A stretch of 64,000 nt of DNA from Chrysomallon squamiferum (lineage: Eukaryota > Animalia > Mollusca). The position numbers and the translations under genes are program-made. The notes beneath the pieces are model-generated. The model saw only the letters and a program-made list of their open reading frames with translations, was not told where the DNA came from and did no database searches. Shown here piece after piece: positions 61,601 through 64,000 of this stretch. The DNA lies in the NCBI GenBank assembly GCA_012295275.1, contig CM022670.1, positions 19,158,001-19,222,000 on the forward strand, read 5' to 3'. Numbering within the stretch: the first letter of the stretch is position 1; the number at the start of each line of letters is the position of its first letter.

Positions 61601-64000
61601 CTTGTTTAAAGCTCAGAATTCTACTGCAACCAATAGAGTTCAAGAAAAATATTATATTAGCAATGAATATGATTTGGAATCTGACATGTATACTAACTAG
61701 TCAGTTTGACAGTAACTGACACTTGAAATTGCTAACTACAGATTTCTGACAATATATTCCTGTCAGCTACAGTCAAAGATTAGCCAAAACATCTAAACAC
61801 AGATAAATTTACTCCATAAACTTTGTAACCTAGCTGATGAAGCCAGTATACCAGCACAAAAGAATTACATAACTGAACTCCTGCCCTTAACAAATGACAA
61901 ATGTAATTTATCTAAGACACAACATGAAAATTAAAAATAAAGAAAAAAATTCTTTAGGTCTTATATTTTTATAATTTTTTGAAAATCTAAATAAAATTAA
62001 TGATAATGTTTTTCTTTCTAAAATAAAATCTACCAATTTAAACATTAGATGATTTCTCTTTCAAATAAACATTTTTGGGTGTTAAATTATCTTAATATTG
62101 ATATGCCTTAAAATAAAATGTGATAAATATCTTGCATTAGACATGGTAAACATGCCAATAATAACTGGTTAACATTACAAGTAATACATAAATTTCACAT
62201 GCAGGTTTCAGTTCACGCCTGTGAAGGATATTGTTACAGTATTATGAAAATGCAGGGACAAATTCTTTTTTGAAAATATTGTTATTCCTAAAAAGTTTTT
62301 GTTTTTTGTTATTTTTCCTTCTCTTGTTTCCATATTCTAAAATCTAGTTCTAAAATGATTATTTCCATATTCTAAAAGAAATTGATTAATAGTTGCTAAA
62401 TGAAAAATTTTAAAAATTATATTATAAAGATCAAATAAAATAAAATATTCATGTGCTGATACTATAAACTATAACTAACTAGCTAACTAAATAATAAATA
62501 ATTTTTAAAAAGATGTAAGCATTTTATATAATATAAAAATGAATGTTAAATGCCAATTATATTTCAAAATATTCAGTGGATATATTTGTTTCCCCTAAAC
62601 TAACACGCTTGATTAATTTCCATTAATATCTAAATATATACAAATTATCTGAACTTTAGTCAAGTATTATAAAAATGTGTAACAGAACACTGTCATTGGA
62701 TTACTGGCTTTAATAACACAGGTGTCATAAATTCACTATTTACTGCTTCTTGTTTATCTTCCTTATGAAACACTAGACAAAATGTCGCCTCAGTAGAGCT
62801 CTTCACTAAAAGAGTTAACACAATACATCTGGTGCAATGAATTATAAATAAACATAATTCAATAACTAATTATGCAAGCTGTCCCCAAAATTTTTTACTT
62901 CAATATTTGCTGTGAATTATTTGAAATAATATATTTTATATATAACTGTATTTTTATTTTTTTGGTAGTTTTTTTTTCTTGTTAATGCTATTAACTAAAC
63001 AAATTTTGAAATAATCACATTATTCTACAATACAGGTCAATGGCCTGTAATCAGGATATTAAATGCTTTGAATAAAATACAAAATTTTGTTAAAAGCATG
63101 ACTTGTACCAAGGTATAATGTTTTCATTTGTATATATTACTAATTTTAATAAATAAATTATTTAAAATTAAATCTTTTAACCATTTATAGATGACTTTTT
63201 TCATACAAGATACAGTTAGCCTGCAATAATATCTGGAATCTATAAAGATTTTTTGTTTAAATTTAAATTTATACTTTATTGTGAGAAATGCTCTATAATT
63301 AAAGGTTCTGTATTCTATTTTAACTGTAGCAGTAAATTTTTAAATAACTGTCAGGCATAATGTTCCAGGATCAATCACTAATAATGTCCACTGGCTGCTT
63401 TATCAAAGACCAAGACATATTTCATTAATATATGGATATAAAAAATCTCTCTCTAATAGACAGGTAGTAGGTTTACTCTCATAAATAATCAATATTTATA
63501 TGAAATATATGATTAAAACCAAATAACCATTAATATAAAAATGTTTTGACCTGCATGCATTTGTAATGACCAAAAGTTTTTATAATGTTTTTTTTTTTTT
63601 TTTTCATCTCGTGAAACATCTTATTTTTAAAATAGCCACAGAACATGTAAAAACCATTGATTATGTTTTCCATAGAGTCTAATAACCAAGGTGCTGATGG
63701 TCAGAACAGTGCAAGTTTTTACTGATAAGTTCTCATGGGATATGTATGTGTGAATGTGAACTATCACATAAAGGTTATTCATTTTCTTGATCTTTTTCTC
63801 ATAGATAAAATATGAAATAAAACAATTTTTATTATTTCCTTATTTATTCTTTTTTTTTTTTGTGGGGGCATATTGGTATTTGCAAGAGGTTTGTGTGAGG
63901 AAAAAAAAAGTTTGTTTCAGTAATAAAATAAATAATTAACAGAAGAGTGACTGTAATTCAGTGGTTTGAGTTGTGGTTCACTGTAAAAGGTAAGAAGATC

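Larger units (their letters stand above)
43886..64000 (-). other. Probable large Fat4 intron (>20 kb; upstream exon outside window)
   Basis: The exon at 43885 begins mid-cadherin in phase 1 after a tatag acceptor. I saw no cadherin-like or other convincing coding segment in 43886-64000. Confidence 0.7.

Overview
This is an AT-rich, CpG-depleted, intron-containing animal genomic window. It looks like an invertebrate, possibly a mollusc or other lophotrochozoan, but the taxon is my inference only. I built three protein-coding gene models by hand, checking GT-AG boundaries and exon phases. (1) A 5'-truncated ATRX chromatin remodeler on + (27 exons, 290..16582, about 2,020 aa in window) with an ADD zinc finger, SNF2 ATPase and Q-rich tail; one junction has an unresolved phase conflict (3491-5151). 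(2) A small, unnamed single-CUB type-I membrane protein gene on + (about 21045..23783, 206-222 aa). (3) The 3' half of a Fat/FAT4 giant protocadherin on - (11 exons, 43885..28036, about 2,600 aa, ending EEYV), preceded by more than 20 kb of apparently exon-free intron (43886..64000). Non-genic features are a pogo/Tigger deletion derivative carrying a transposase N-terminal remnant, a TA-flanked 19-bp inverted repeat in the probable Fat 3'UTR, two minisatellites, several microsatellites and some enhancer-like blocks. I saw no prokaryotic features, CRISPR, tRNA or rRNA, and no clearly new multi-gene system. The best leads are the orphan CUB receptor, two DAXX-binding-like helices and SIM-like motifs in ATRX, a furin site in Fat LamG2 and the Tigger element. 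All comparisons to human, fly or fish sequences are from memory and need database confirmation.
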